This document shows positions 49,635 through 58,908 of a stretch of DNA of 64,000 nucleotides, piece by piece. A program made the translations under genes and the position numbers. The notes beneath the pieces are model-generated. The model was given only the letters and a program-made list of their open reading frames with translations. It was not told the origin of the DNA and did no database searches. Origin of the DNA: an uncultured delta proteobacterium (GTDB lineage Bacteria > Myxococcota > Kuafuiibacteriia > Kuafuiibacteriales > Kuafuiibacteriaceae); assembly GCA_963803435.1 (NCBI GenBank), contig CAWDML010000014.1, positions 256,157-320,156 of the forward strand. Reading direction: 5' to 3'. Position 1 is the stretch's first letter; each line of letters begins with the position of its first letter.

Positions 49635-51593
49635 GTGAGCACTCCGCACGTCATCGTGGGTACGGCGGGGCACATCGACCATGGAAAGACCTCGCTCATC
49701 CGGCGCCTCACCGGTGTGGATACGGACCGTCTTCCCGAGGAGAAACGCCGTGGCATCACCATCGTCCTCGGGTTCGCGCCGCTGATGCTCGAGGGCGGCC
49801 GGCGTGTCGGCGTCGTCGACGTCCCCGGCCACGAGCGCTTCGTCAAGAACATGGTGGCCGGCGCCGGCGGCATCGACGTGGTCCTCATGGTGGTGGCTGC
49901 GGACGAAGGCGTGATGCCTCAAACCCGCGAGCACCTTGAGATCTGCGAGCTCCTCGGGATTCGCCGCGGTCTGGTGGCGCTGACCAAGGTCGATCGCGCG
50001 CGCGACCTCACCGAGCTCGCGATCGACGACGTCCGCGCGGAGTTTGTGGGGACATTCCTCGCGGCCGCGCCGATCGTCCCCTGCTCCAGCGAGACCGGCG
50101 AGGGGATCGATCGGGTGCGAAGCGAAATCGCCACGCTGGTCGCCGAGGTGCCCCCGCGCGTCCCCCGGAGCCTCCTCCTCCCCATCGACCGCAAGTTCTC
50201 GGTCAAAGGCTTCGGCAGCATCGTCACCGGCACCCTCATCCAGGGCCAGCTCTCGGTCGGCGCCACCGTCGAGGTGCTGCCGACGGTGCCCGGTCATCCG
50301 ATCGACGAGCCCGTGCGCATCCGGAGCCTTCAGGTCTTCGGCGACTCCGTGGAGACCGCGTTCGCCGGGCAGCGGACCGCCGTCAACCTGCAGGGCGTCG
50401 AGCTCGACAGCATCGAGCTCGGCCAGGTGCTGGTCGAGCCCGGGACCGCCCGCCCCACCCGGAAGCTGGGCGTCCACCTCCACTACCTGGAGAGCTGGTC
50501 GAAGAAGCTCAAGAGCGGCGCGAAGTTTCTCCTCCATACTGGTACCGCCCTCGTCGAGGCGGCCGTCACCCTCCTCGACGCCGACGCCCTCGAGCCCGGC
50601 GGCGCCGGCTTCGCGACCATCCGGCTGGCCGAGCCCATCGCCACCCTCCCCGGCCAACGCTTCATCGCCCGCGGCTTCGACACGCCCGGCAAGGCGGGCC
50701 GTACCATCGCAGGCGGGACAATCCTGGATCCCAATCCCGGGCGCCGCCGTCGCAAGACCGAGGCGACGCTCGGCGTGATGTCGGTGCTCGAGACGCTCGT
50801 GACCAACGGCCCCGACGAGGGCCGGCTCGAGGCGGCGCTGATCGCGCTGGTGGCCGAGCGCCGCAAGCGCGGCGTCCCGATCGGAGATCTGGCGGTGCGG
50901 CTGGGCTTCAAGCCGGCCCGCATCACCAGGTCCGCGGAGAAGGTGTCGAAGGACCTGGCGCTGGTCGCCGAGCGCGCCGTCCACGTCCCCGCCGTCCGCG
51001 AGCTGCAGGCCACCATCGTCGAGACGATCACCGCCTACCACCGCGAGTTCCCGTTCCGGCGCGGCCTGTCGATCGCGGAGCTGGCGACGCGCGTCGGCCG
51101 CGGGATCGATCCCAGGATCGTCGACATGGCCGCCAAGCGCCTGGTCGGGGAGAAGAAGCTGGTCCAGGAGCAGGAGGGGTTGCGGCTGCCCTCGCACGCG
51201 CCCGCCGCCGACGTGAACAGCGAGGCCAAGCAGAAGCTGATCGCAGCGCTCGACACCGCCGGCTACGAGCCACCCGCGCCGGCAGAGCTCGCGAAGGCCT
51301 GCGGGCTGACAGGCGCCACCTTCAAGGAGCTCCTGGCGGCGCTCGTTCGCAGCGGCGAGGTGATCTCGGCGTCGGCGTCGGTCTACTTCTCGAAGCAAGC
51401 CTGGCGGCGCGCGGTGGAGGCCGTGCTCGACCACATCGAGCGCGAGGGCTCGATCAGCACGGCGCAGGCGAAGACGATGCTCGGCATCTCGAGGAAGTAT
51501 CTGATCCCGCTCCTCGAGGCGATGGACAAGCACCGCATCACGGTGCGCGTCGGCGAGATCCGCAAGGCACGCCCCGGCGCCAAGGCCGGGTGA
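49635..51593 (+). CDS. selB: Selenocysteine-specific elongation factor
   Basis: [37 protein letters not shown]-terminal winged helix [10 protein letters not shown]. Confidence 0.96.
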   Translation: MSTPHVIVGTAGHIDHGKTSLIRRLTGVDTDRLPEEKRRGITIVLGFAPLMLEGGRRVGVVDVPGHERFVKNMVAGAGGIDVVLMVVAADEGVMPQTREHLEICELLGIRRGLVALTKVDRARDLTELAIDDVRAEFVGTFLAAAPIVPCSSETGEGIDRVRSEIATLVAEVPPRVPRSLLLPIDRKFSVKGFGSIVTGTLIQGQLSVGATVEVLPTVPGHPIDEPVRIRSLQVFGDSVETAFAGQRTAVNLQGVELDSIELGQVLVEPGTARPTRKLGVHLHYLESWSKKLKSGAKFLLHTGTALVEAAVTLLDADALEPGGAGFATIRLAEPIATLPGQRFIARGFDTPGKAGRTIAGGTILDPNPGRRRRKTEATLGVMSVLETLVTNGPDEGRLEAALIALVAERRKRGVPIGDLAVRLGFKPARITRSAEKVSKDLALVAERAVHVPAVRELQATIVETITAYHREFPFRRGLSIAELATRVGRGIDPRIVDMAAKRLVGEKKLVQEQEGLRLPSHAPAADVNSEAKQKLIAALDTAGYEPPAPAELAKACGLTGATFKELLAALVRSGEVISASASVYFSKQAWRRAVEAVLDHIEREGSISTAQAKTMLGISRKYLIPLLEAMDKHRITVRVGEIRKARPGAKAG

Positions 51594-51596
51594 AAC

Positions 51597-53255
51597 TCAA
51601 CCATCGCCGTCGAGCGGCGAGCGCGCCGAGAGCTGCTCGGTGGGCGAGTCGAGCTCCTCGGACCGCGCCGGGCGCGCGCGCACCACCTGCGTCACCTCGT
51701 AGACGCGCTTGAGGGCAATCTTGTTGGTCGGCTGCGAGTGCGGGCGGCGCGCCGGAACCTGCGCCGTCACCTCCTCCAGCGCGGGATCGTCCCGCAGGTC
51801 CGCGCGGACCACGCGACGCTCGATGCGCTCGGTGGTGGTCGTCGCGGATCGTCGCGGTCGCTTCCTCCGCGAGACCTGCTCCGGCAGCGTGAGCTCGTCG
51901 AGATCGAGCCCGGCGGCCGCGGTGATGGCACGGAAGGCGGCCTCCACCTTCTCCGGATCGCGCAGGATGGTCCGCTCGCCCAACCGCGCCAGGGTCGACG
52001 CAATCGGCGGCACCAAGGTCTCCTCGCTCGGCGCCTCATCGGCCGGCGCCGGCGGGATGACGGTCACCTCCTCGCCGGGCGGGAACGCGAGCTCGTACGC
52101 GTCGGAGACCAGGCGCTGCATGCTCTCGCTCTCGAGGATCGACTCCGCGCTCCGCGCCGTCTCCAGCTCGGTCTGCGGCAGCGGCGGCTCGAGCGACGAC
52201 GCCTCGAAGAACGCCGCTTCCACGGGATCCGACTCGCTCGACGGGTCCGCCATCCGGTGCAGAGGAGGCAGCGCCAGCCCCTGGATGAACGGCACCTCCG
52301 CCAGGTCGTGCACCACCTCGGCGAGGTAGCGCTCGTCCCACCGGCCACCGGCTGCGACCGGCGCCTCTGCGTGCCCTTCGAGCCTCGCGCGCTCGGTCTC
52401 GAGCACGTCTTGCTTCACCTCGACGATGTCAATCGCGCCCACCGATTCAACCTCGTCGAGCAGGTCGTCGATCGCGACCGGCCCTCGGCTCCGCCCCTCC
52501 ACCACGTCGCGCAGCCGCACCTCGAGCACGCGCGCCTTGCGGAGCTCCGCCTCGCTCTCGAACGTCTCCTCGGGCTCGAGCAGGCACACACGGATCACCC
52601 AGAGGGCCCCCAGGTAGTCCTCGATCCTCGACAGCGCCAGCGCCGCCGTCACCAGGCTCGCCGGCGTCCGCACCAGCCGATCCGCGTCGAAGACCTTCGA
52701 CACCGCCTTCGCGTACTCGAAGCCCTCGAACGCCGCGTTCGCATCCTCGATCAGCCGGCAGTACTGCGACCACTCGGGTGCCCCAAGATCGCGATACCGC
52801 GCCCGCGCGATCCGGGCATCCGGGATCTCGCCTGCACGCACGGCCCAGCGACCCAACCGCCCACCCAGGCCCTGGAGGATCAGGAGATGCGCTGCAAGTT
52901 GGGTGGCACGATCGGGATCGCGCAGGAGCGACTCGACCGTCGCAAACGTGTCCCGGCACTGCCGATCCACCAGCCCTTCGGTCCGCTCCAGGATCGTGAG
53001 CGGATCCGCCTCCAGCCAGTCGATCGAGTGAAGGTGCAGCGCGACCATCTCGCCCAGCGACGGCATGCGCTGGAGCTCCATCGCCACGCCGTGCAACCGC
53101 TGCCGCACCGCCTTCTCCGAGTTGAGCCCGCCGCTCCGAAAGCCCGCGAGCTTGCGCTCACCCCTCCAGACCTCGTCCGCCAGCAGTCGACACGCCTCCA
53201 CTCCCGAAAGGCGCTTGTTCCCGGAGGCCACGTGGAGCATCGGCGCGCTCGCCAT
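51597..53255 (-). CDS. Hypothetical protein (helical N-terminus, acidic low-complexity C-terminus)
   Basis: Long ORF with plausible composition; start uncertain. Confidence 0.6.
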   Translation of the reverse strand: MASAPMLHVASGNKRLSGVEACRLLADEVWRGERKLAGFRSGGLNSEKAVRQRLHGVAMELQRMPSLGEMVALHLHSIDWLEADPLTILERTEGLVDRQCRDTFATVESLLRDPDRATQLAAHLLILQGLGGRLGRWAVRAGEIPDARIARARYRDLGAPEWSQYCRLIEDANAAFEGFEYAKAVSKVFDADRLVRTPASLVTAALALSRIEDYLGALWVIRVCLLEPEETFESEAELRKARVLEVRLRDVVEGRSRGPVAIDDLLDEVESVGAIDIVEVKQDVLETERARLEGHAEAPVAAGGRWDERYLAEVVHDLAEVPFIQGLALPPLHRMADPSSESDPVEAAFFEASSLEPPLPQTELETARSAESILESESMQRLVSDAYELAFPPGEEVTVIPPAPADEAPSEETLVPPIASTLARLGERTILRDPEKVEAAFRAITAAAGLDLDELTLPEQVSRRKRPRRSATTTTERIERRVVRADLRDDPALEEVTAQVPARRPHSQPTNKIALKRVYEVTQVVRARPARSEELDSPTEQLSARSPLDGDG

Positions 53256-53426
53256 CGCCCCGACCCTAGCGTGCTCGTCCCCACATTTGGTAACGGTCCG
53301 TCGTCGGATCTGCCACAGAATCGCGCGTGCCCGGTCAGCCCCGCAGGCCACACCGCCGACGAAAGGTGGATTGCGATCTCCGCTTGCGAATCTCTGTGTC
53401 CGTGCCGTCTACTTCAACCCCGACGA

Positions 53427-53879
53427 ATGACCGAGGATCTGATGCGCTACGACCTCCTGGCCCAGCGCGCGCTCCGAGGCGTCGTCCGCCTCGCCCTCGA
53501 GCGCGCCGCCAGCGAAGCCGGCCTCCCCGGCGAGCACCACTTCTACATCGCCTTCGCCACCGAAGCCCCCGGCGTCCTCATCCCCGAAGCGCTGCGCGAC
53601 GAGCACCCCGAAGAGATGATGATCGTCTTCAAACGCCACTACTGGGACCTCCAGGTCGACCCCGACGCCTTCAGCGTCACCATGTCCTTCCACCAGACCC
53701 CCCAGCGCCTCACCATCCCCCTCGACGCCGTCACCCGCTTCTACGATCCCGTCGTCAACTTCGCCCTCGCCTGGCCCCCACCCCACTCCGACACCCCCGA
53801 CCCCGCCGAGGACACCACCCCCGACTCCGACGCAGACTCCGCGCAGATCGTCAGCCTCGACGCTTTTCGCAAGAAGTAG
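53427..53879 (+). CDS. sspB: ClpXP specificity-enhancing factor SspB (alphaproteobacterial type)
   Basis: MRYDLLAQRALRGVVR, GLPGEHHFYIAF, FYDPVVNF and C-terminal ClpX-binding tail VSLDAFRKK. Confidence 0.88.
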   Translation: MTEDLMRYDLLAQRALRGVVRLALERAASEAGLPGEHHFYIAFATEAPGVLIPEALRDEHPEEMMIVFKRHYWDLQVDPDAFSVTMSFHQTPQRLTIPLDAVTRFYDPVVNFALAWPPPHSDTPDPAEDTTPDSDADSAQIVSLDAFRKK

Positions 53880-53880
53880 C

Positions 53881-53908
53881 TTGCCCCCCCGGCCCGCCCC
53901 TCTATCAT
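53881..53908 (+). promoter_or_regulatory. Putative sigma70 promoter of ssrA
   Basis: TTGCCC-N16-TATCAT about 20 bp upstream of the tmRNA 5' end. Confidence 0.45.
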
Positions 53909-53929
53909 CGCCTTGATCTCTGACAATTT

Positions 53930-54300
53930 GGGGCCGACCTGGTTTCGACGGGGGCTCTGCACCACAGGAAGCGTGCCCGGCAGTCGTGCTCGCCGGACAA
54001 ACGGTACGAAACCTTGAAATGCCAACGACGAGCCTATGCTCGCCGCTGCCTAAGATCTCGATAGAGTAATCTGTAGGCCGTTCGCGACGGTGACTTCGCC
54101 CATGGTCCCGTCGCGGGCGAAAAAGAAATGGGCTAGCCCTCCGATGGCGCCTCGGCGTCGGAGGGCGAAGATAAGCTGAGGCTGGTCTCGCGCGGTGTGT
54201 CCTCGAGCCGCGGGAAGACGAGATGAACTCGATGGGCTACGCACGTAGCGTCCTCTGGGAAGGATTCTTTCGGACGCGGGTTCGATTCCCGCCGGCTCCA
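53930..54300 (+). ncRNA. ssrA: tmRNA (one-piece); tag (A)ANDEPMLAAA at 54021-54053
   Basis: 5' GGGGCCGAC...TTCGAC; 3' GACGCGGGTTCGATTCCCGCCGGCTCCA with G-U acceptor pair; tag frame GCC AAC GAC GAG CCT ATG CTC GCC GCT GCC TAA. Confidence 0.96.
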
Positions 54301-54343
54301 TCCGTTTTGCTCTTTTGTTCCGGGCTCTTAGCCCATCTGCATT

Positions 54344-54635
54344 CCGCTGCTGTCTTATAGCTGTCTTGGCACGGCGCGAGATCACTCCGAACCTCGATGT
54401 GATCCGTGCCGCTTCTGTCTCGTGCTGTCTTGGACTTACGCCGCGCCGACGCCTCGTCGAGCAGCCGTATTCGCCTGCTGCCTCGATGCTGTCCTGACGC
54501 TGCGCAACTCCGCATTCTGCCTGGAGTCGATCCGATCCCGAGACGGCGACGCGCCCGAACGAGCCTCCGTTCTCCTGTCTCCGCTGTCTCGACATCGCCT
54601 AGCTCCGCTCGCCCTCTGCTGCCTTGCTGTCATGG
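54344..54635. repeat. Five paired direct repeats, consensus about GCTGYCTY-N(0-3)-GCTGTC (candidate integrase arm-type sites)
   Basis: The second half-site GCTGTC starts at 54360, 54424, 54488, 54583 and 54626; each has a related half-site 8-11 bp upstream. Confidence 0.7.
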
Positions 54636-55678
54636 GGCGCGTCGAGCTTCGCGACCGCGTCGCGCCGCACGTCCGGAGAAAGATGCGCGTACCGCATCGT
54701 CATCTCCATCGTCGAATGCCCCATCAGCTCCTGCACCGCCTTCAACGGAACGCCCCGCATCACCAGATGCGAAGCGAACGTGTGCCGAAGAACGTGCCAC
54801 CCGATCCGGCGAAGACCGGCTTTCTTGCACGCCCGGTAGAGCGGCCGCCGGAGCTCGTTCTCGCGGAACGGCCGGCCGTCCTCCCCGTCCGGGCAGAAGA
54901 CCATGTCGCCCTTCAGATGCCGATGCGCCTTGAGCGCCGCCAGTAGCACCGGGCTGATCGGCACCTCCCGACTCTTCCCGTTCTTCGGCGTTCCGACGTG
55001 CCCGCGCCAGTCCGACCGGCGCACCACGATCCGACCCGCCACCAGATCGACCGAGTCCCACTGGAGCGCGAGCAGCTCGCCGACCCTCATCCCCGTCTTC
55101 AACGCGGTGAGGAGCATGGTGCGCCACTCGCGATCGGCCGCCTCGAGCAGCCGATCCGCTTCCTCGAAATCGAAGAAGTCGAACTCCGGATCCGGGTACT
55201 TCAACCACGTCACCTTCGGCACCGTGTGCAGGTAGCCCCAGTCGGCCGCCTTCACCAGCGTCTTCCGAAGCATGGTGAGGTGGTTGTTGATCGTCTTCGG
55301 GCTCTTGCCTGCCGCGAGCTTCTTGGCGGCGTAAGCTTCGATCGACTCCGCGTCGATCCGATCGATCCGCAGGTTCCCGAACCGCGGCACGAGGTGGTGC
55401 TGAAACGTCGACCGCTTCATCCGCACCTCGCTCGGCTTGTTCTTCACCTCGGCGTAGTTCTCCAAGAACTTCTTCACGAAGTCCTTGAACAGCGGTATCT
55501 CCTTCTTCCCTGTCCTGCTCAGCAGCTGCTTGCGGAGCTTCTCTTCGAACTCCTCCGCTCCCTGCTTCGACTGCACGGGCGACCGCTTCCTGACGCGCTC
55601 CGTCCGACCGTCCGGATACACCATCACAAAGTCCGCCGCCCAGTACTTGTTCCCTTTGCGTCCGTGTTTCGATGCCAC
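54599..55678 (-). CDS. Tyrosine recombinase/integrase
   Basis: TGMRVGEL (R), TPKNG (K), HVLRHTF (H-x-x-R), LMGH, MRYAH (Y); start GTG 55678 after GGAG, or ATG 55714. Confidence 0.95.
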   Translation of the reverse strand: MASKHGRKGNKYWAADFVMVYPDGRTERVRKRSPVQSKQGAEEFEEKLRKQLLSRTGKKEIPLFKDFVKKFLENYAEVKNKPSEVRMKRSTFQHHLVPRFGNLRIDRIDAESIEAYAAKKLAAGKSPKTINNHLTMLRKTLVKAADWGYLHTVPKVTWLKYPDPEFDFFDFEEADRLLEAADREWRTMLLTALKTGMRVGELLALQWDSVDLVAGRIVVRRSDWRGHVGTPKNGKSREVPISPVLLAALKAHRHLKGDMVFCPDGEDGRPFRENELRRPLYRACKKAGLRRIGWHVLRHTFASHLVMRGVPLKAVQELMGHSTMEMTMRYAHLSPDVRRDAVAKLDAPHDSKAAEGERS

Positions 55679-55891
55679 GTCCACGTCTCCGTTTCTGTGG
55701 CAGCTCACACGCATTAGACGCCGTCATCGTAGGCGCGGCGACGTCGGTTGCCAACCCGTTTTCTGCCGGCTGTGCGGTGAGCACGGCATGGAGCCGCCGG
55801 AGCCGTCTTCGCGACCTGCGGATCATCGCGAGATTCGTTTCGCCGGCGACGTCCACTCGATCGAGCCGTTTTTCAGAAGTACTGTCGGCGC

Positions 55892-56946
55892 ATGGCCGCG
55901 ATGCCGAAGCTGATGGGAGCGCAACAGCGACTTGCGCGGGATGCGACCCTTCTGAAGAAAGCACTCCTTGTCCTCGCCGCTTGCCACGAGCAGCGCCTGA
56001 CGCCGGCCGTCAGCTCGATACCGAGATACGAGGAGTGGACCCGGAAACAGCTTGAGCGCCACGTACGAGACCTCTCCGAAGGCGTCGCCGCACGACTCCA
56101 GCCAATGGCGGAGGTCCGATCATCACGCCGCCTGCGTGCGGTTCGGTGGTTCGCGGGCGCGTACGACAGCTGGGCAGCGACCCAGTTCGGTCTCGTGTCG
56201 TTGGGAACCGTCCACGACTTCGAACACGACGTCGGAGCTCTTCGGGCGCGCGCACAGTTGGACCTCCCACCTACGCGGTGCTGCTGCTGCAGGGCGCCGT
56301 GGGCGGCCTCGCTTTCCGGCACCCCGAGTACCATCTTGCGCGCGATCTCGCGCTTCTGCACAGCTTGTTCCTCGACGCTGAAGAACTACTCGAACCGATC
56401 AGTTGGACCAATCCTCCGGAATGGGCCGCCACCGCGAGCGGGAAAAACTCCCAGTCGCTAGCTCCGGCCGTCGTGATCGCGTGCTTCAATCTCTTGGAGT
56501 CGTTCGTCGCCGGCCTTGCTCGATCACACGTGATGACCACTCCCTCCCTCAGAGACGAGGACCGCAAGACGCTCCTCGACAACAAGGGCTCGCTGGAGAA
56601 GCGCATGCAGAAAGTCTTACGGGTCATCAAGAGCGATGCGAAACCCCTCAACCTCAGCAAGCCGCCGATGTCGAACATGCTGAGCGGGTGGATCAAGCAG
56701 CACCGCGATGCATACGTTCATTGCGAACCAGGCCCAGAACCGTCCCGCACCGCCGGTCACGTGAAGGAGCCCATGTTCCATCGCGCGGAGAAGCAAGTCG
56801 TTGCGGAGGCCATCTCCGCTCTGCTCCAGATCATCCGAACGACGTGGAAGTACTTGCACGGGAATGAGGGCCCACGATGGCTTCCCGAACCCGATGCAGC
56901 CGGAAGGCTCTCACGGCAGGCCAACCTACGATTGCGAATACCATAG
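55892..56946 (+). CDS. HEPN-motif protein (apparent frameshift ~56268)
   Basis: Two overlapping frames join at LDLPP/YAVLLL; the C-terminal half has FNLLESFV and R-x4-H (RDAYVH). Confidence 0.6.
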
Positions 56947-56996
56947 AAGGAGCGTGTTGCCCGTTCCGTCTCAAAGCGGCAAGGTAGCCGAAGCTC

Positions 56997-58124
56997 ATGC
57001 AGTACGACGTCTTTTACTCCTGGGCTAGCGACCATCCGGAAACGAACACGAAGCTCATTCGAAAGGCGCTCGATAAAGCGATCAAGGCTCTCGCAAAGAA
57101 AGGGTTCAACGTGCGTCGCGATGAGGCGACGCGCGACGCGGCTGGCGCTCCCGATATCCCCACCACGATTCTGCAGAAGATCATGTCGGCAGATGCGCTC
57201 GTTGCCGACGTGTCGCTCATCGATCGACCCGAATCCTGCAACCCGAATGTTCTGTTCGAACTCGGCTTTGCGTGGGCACATCTGGGCGACGCCAAGATCA
57301 TCACTGTCTTCAACGAGGCGTTCGGACAGATGTCCGACCTACCGTTCGACATCAAGACCAAGCGCCACCTTGCGTACCAGGCAACCGATCAGCCTGGAGT
57401 CGACCTCTCCAGCACGATCGACATCCTCGCCCGCGACCTCACGACCGCGCTCTCGCGTGTGCTCATGGGCAACGTCACGGATTGGGCCGACGACATCGCT
57501 CCGCACCTCGTCGAGTTGCTCATCATGTTCGACGAATACGATGATCGTCTCTCGCTCGACCGGTGGAATCTCTCCTTGCACGGGACCGCTGACATCATTC
57601 GACGGCAGGCTCGCGACGACTACGCCGACCAGGTCGGCGTTCGTACCGAAATGTTGGAGCTCGCGCAGACGTGTGACGAGTTCATGCAGACGGATGGCCT
57701 CGACCACGCGAAGTCGTTTCACATTGCCGACTACAACCGAGCACAGGAGTTGGCGGCCGGCGTCTTCTCCAAGATCGCCCCGCACACAACTACTGGCCTG
57801 AAACAGAACGCGTTGCCTCGCCTCCAAACCGCCGTGACGGACCTCTACGATCTTTCCTCGCGAGCCATCAGGATGATTGAGACCGGACGATACGAGGATC
57901 TCCAGAGCGCGGTAACCAAGATCGGCGAAGACCTCTTCGCGCTTTGCTTCTTTCCAATGTCTTTCCTGTCGACATCAGAGCTGGATGCGATTCGTCGGGC
58001 AGCACGCTCGCTTCACTTCTTCGATCAACGCGACCTTCACTCCGGCGGCGATCCGGAAGAAGAGCGCCAAGCAATCGACGAACCGATGTGTGAAATCGCT
58101 TCGGCACTCGACCGCTTCAACTGA
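56997..58124 (+). CDS. TIR-like / nucleoside 2-deoxyribosyltransferase-like N-terminal domain protein
   Basis: VFYSW, ILQKIMSADALVADVS, NPNVLFELGFA (conserved Glu), LPFDI; unknown helical C-terminus. Confidence 0.75.
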   Translation: MQYDVFYSWASDHPETNTKLIRKALDKAIKALAKKGFNVRRDEATRDAAGAPDIPTTILQKIMSADALVADVSLIDRPESCNPNVLFELGFAWAHLGDAKIITVFNEAFGQMSDLPFDIKTKRHLAYQATDQPGVDLSSTIDILARDLTTALSRVLMGNVTDWADDIAPHLVELLIMFDEYDDRLSLDRWNLSLHGTADIIRRQARDDYADQVGVRTEMLELAQTCDEFMQTDGLDHAKSFHIADYNRAQELAAGVFSKIAPHTTTGLKQNALPRLQTAVTDLYDLSSRAIRMIETGRYEDLQSAVTKIGEDLFALCFFPMSFLSTSELDAIRRAARSLHFFDQRDLHSGGDPEEERQAIDEPMCEIASALDRFN

Positions 58125-58214
58125 AGAGCTCGCGCAACAGCGAGTCTGTTCAGCCGAGGGAGCAATCGTGTCGATGGCAGGGTTGTAGCAGGTGGCAATC
58201 TCGGCGATCCTCGC

Positions 58215-58835
58215 GTGATGGCTGCAAAGCAAGTCTCGATCTACACGCGCTGGAGTGTGGCCGCTATTCGCCAGGCGATGAGCGACGGACTAACGTTTCC
58301 AAGCCCAGATCACATCAGGGCTCTCGGCCAGGTGATCAAGCCCGCCGTAGAAGCTGTCAAGCCGCACTGGTTTTGGTTCGGTTTCTACAGCGCGCCATCG
58401 AGGTCGGACGGAACTTCTCACGATGGGCATACATTACCTCGAAGCTTCCTGTCGCCCATTGGAAGTCTACATCAATGGTCCAAACTCCGATACGCGATCG
58501 ACGACCCTGCTGTATCTCAATTCGAAAAGGCATTAAAAGACGCCGCCGGTACCGAGTTCCACCTCGAGTTCGCATCCTACGATGTCAATGCTGATCTCGG
58601 TGATAGGCCATATTCAGAAGGACACAGCGCGAGCACTCCAAACAAAGAAAGAGCCCGCCTGGTATGCAGCAGCTTGTCGGCCTACTGCCAACTGATCCTC
58701 CACACCGTCGCGATGGACGCGAATGGGCAGTGGATTCTCGAGGCGAACTTTGACTCAAACAATGAGCTGTTCCTCGACCCGTCTCAAAAAATCCTGCACC
58801 TCTTCTTTAACGCGCTCGGTAGGAAGTGGCCCTGA
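58215..58835 (+). CDS. Hypothetical protein, lower GC than host
   Basis: 206-aa ORF with visibly AT-richer codons. Confidence 0.65.
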   Translation: MMAAKQVSIYTRWSVAAIRQAMSDGLTFPSPDHIRALGQVIKPAVEAVKPHWFWFGFYSAPSRSDGTSHDGHTLPRSFLSPIGSLHQWSKLRYAIDDPAVSQFEKALKDAAGTEFHLEFASYDVNADLGDRPYSEGHSASTPNKERARLVCSSLSAYCQLILHTVAMDANGQWILEANFDSNNELFLDPSQKILHLFFNALGRKWP

Positions 58836-58908
58836 CCAGGTGCCGCTACCGCCACCACGGATCCGCTGCAGACAAGGCCCTGCTTGCCGGTTGAATCTGA
58901 TGCGCGAG

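Noticed and set aside
54344-54635. CRISPR array
   Set aside because: Repeats are degenerate and internally direct rather than palindromic, spacing is irregular after unit 3, and no cas genes are present. Kept as a non-CRISPR repeat finding.
56997-58124. Retron, CBASS or Thoeris assignment
   Set aside because: No reverse transcriptase, CD-NTase or ThsA-like gene is visible in the window.
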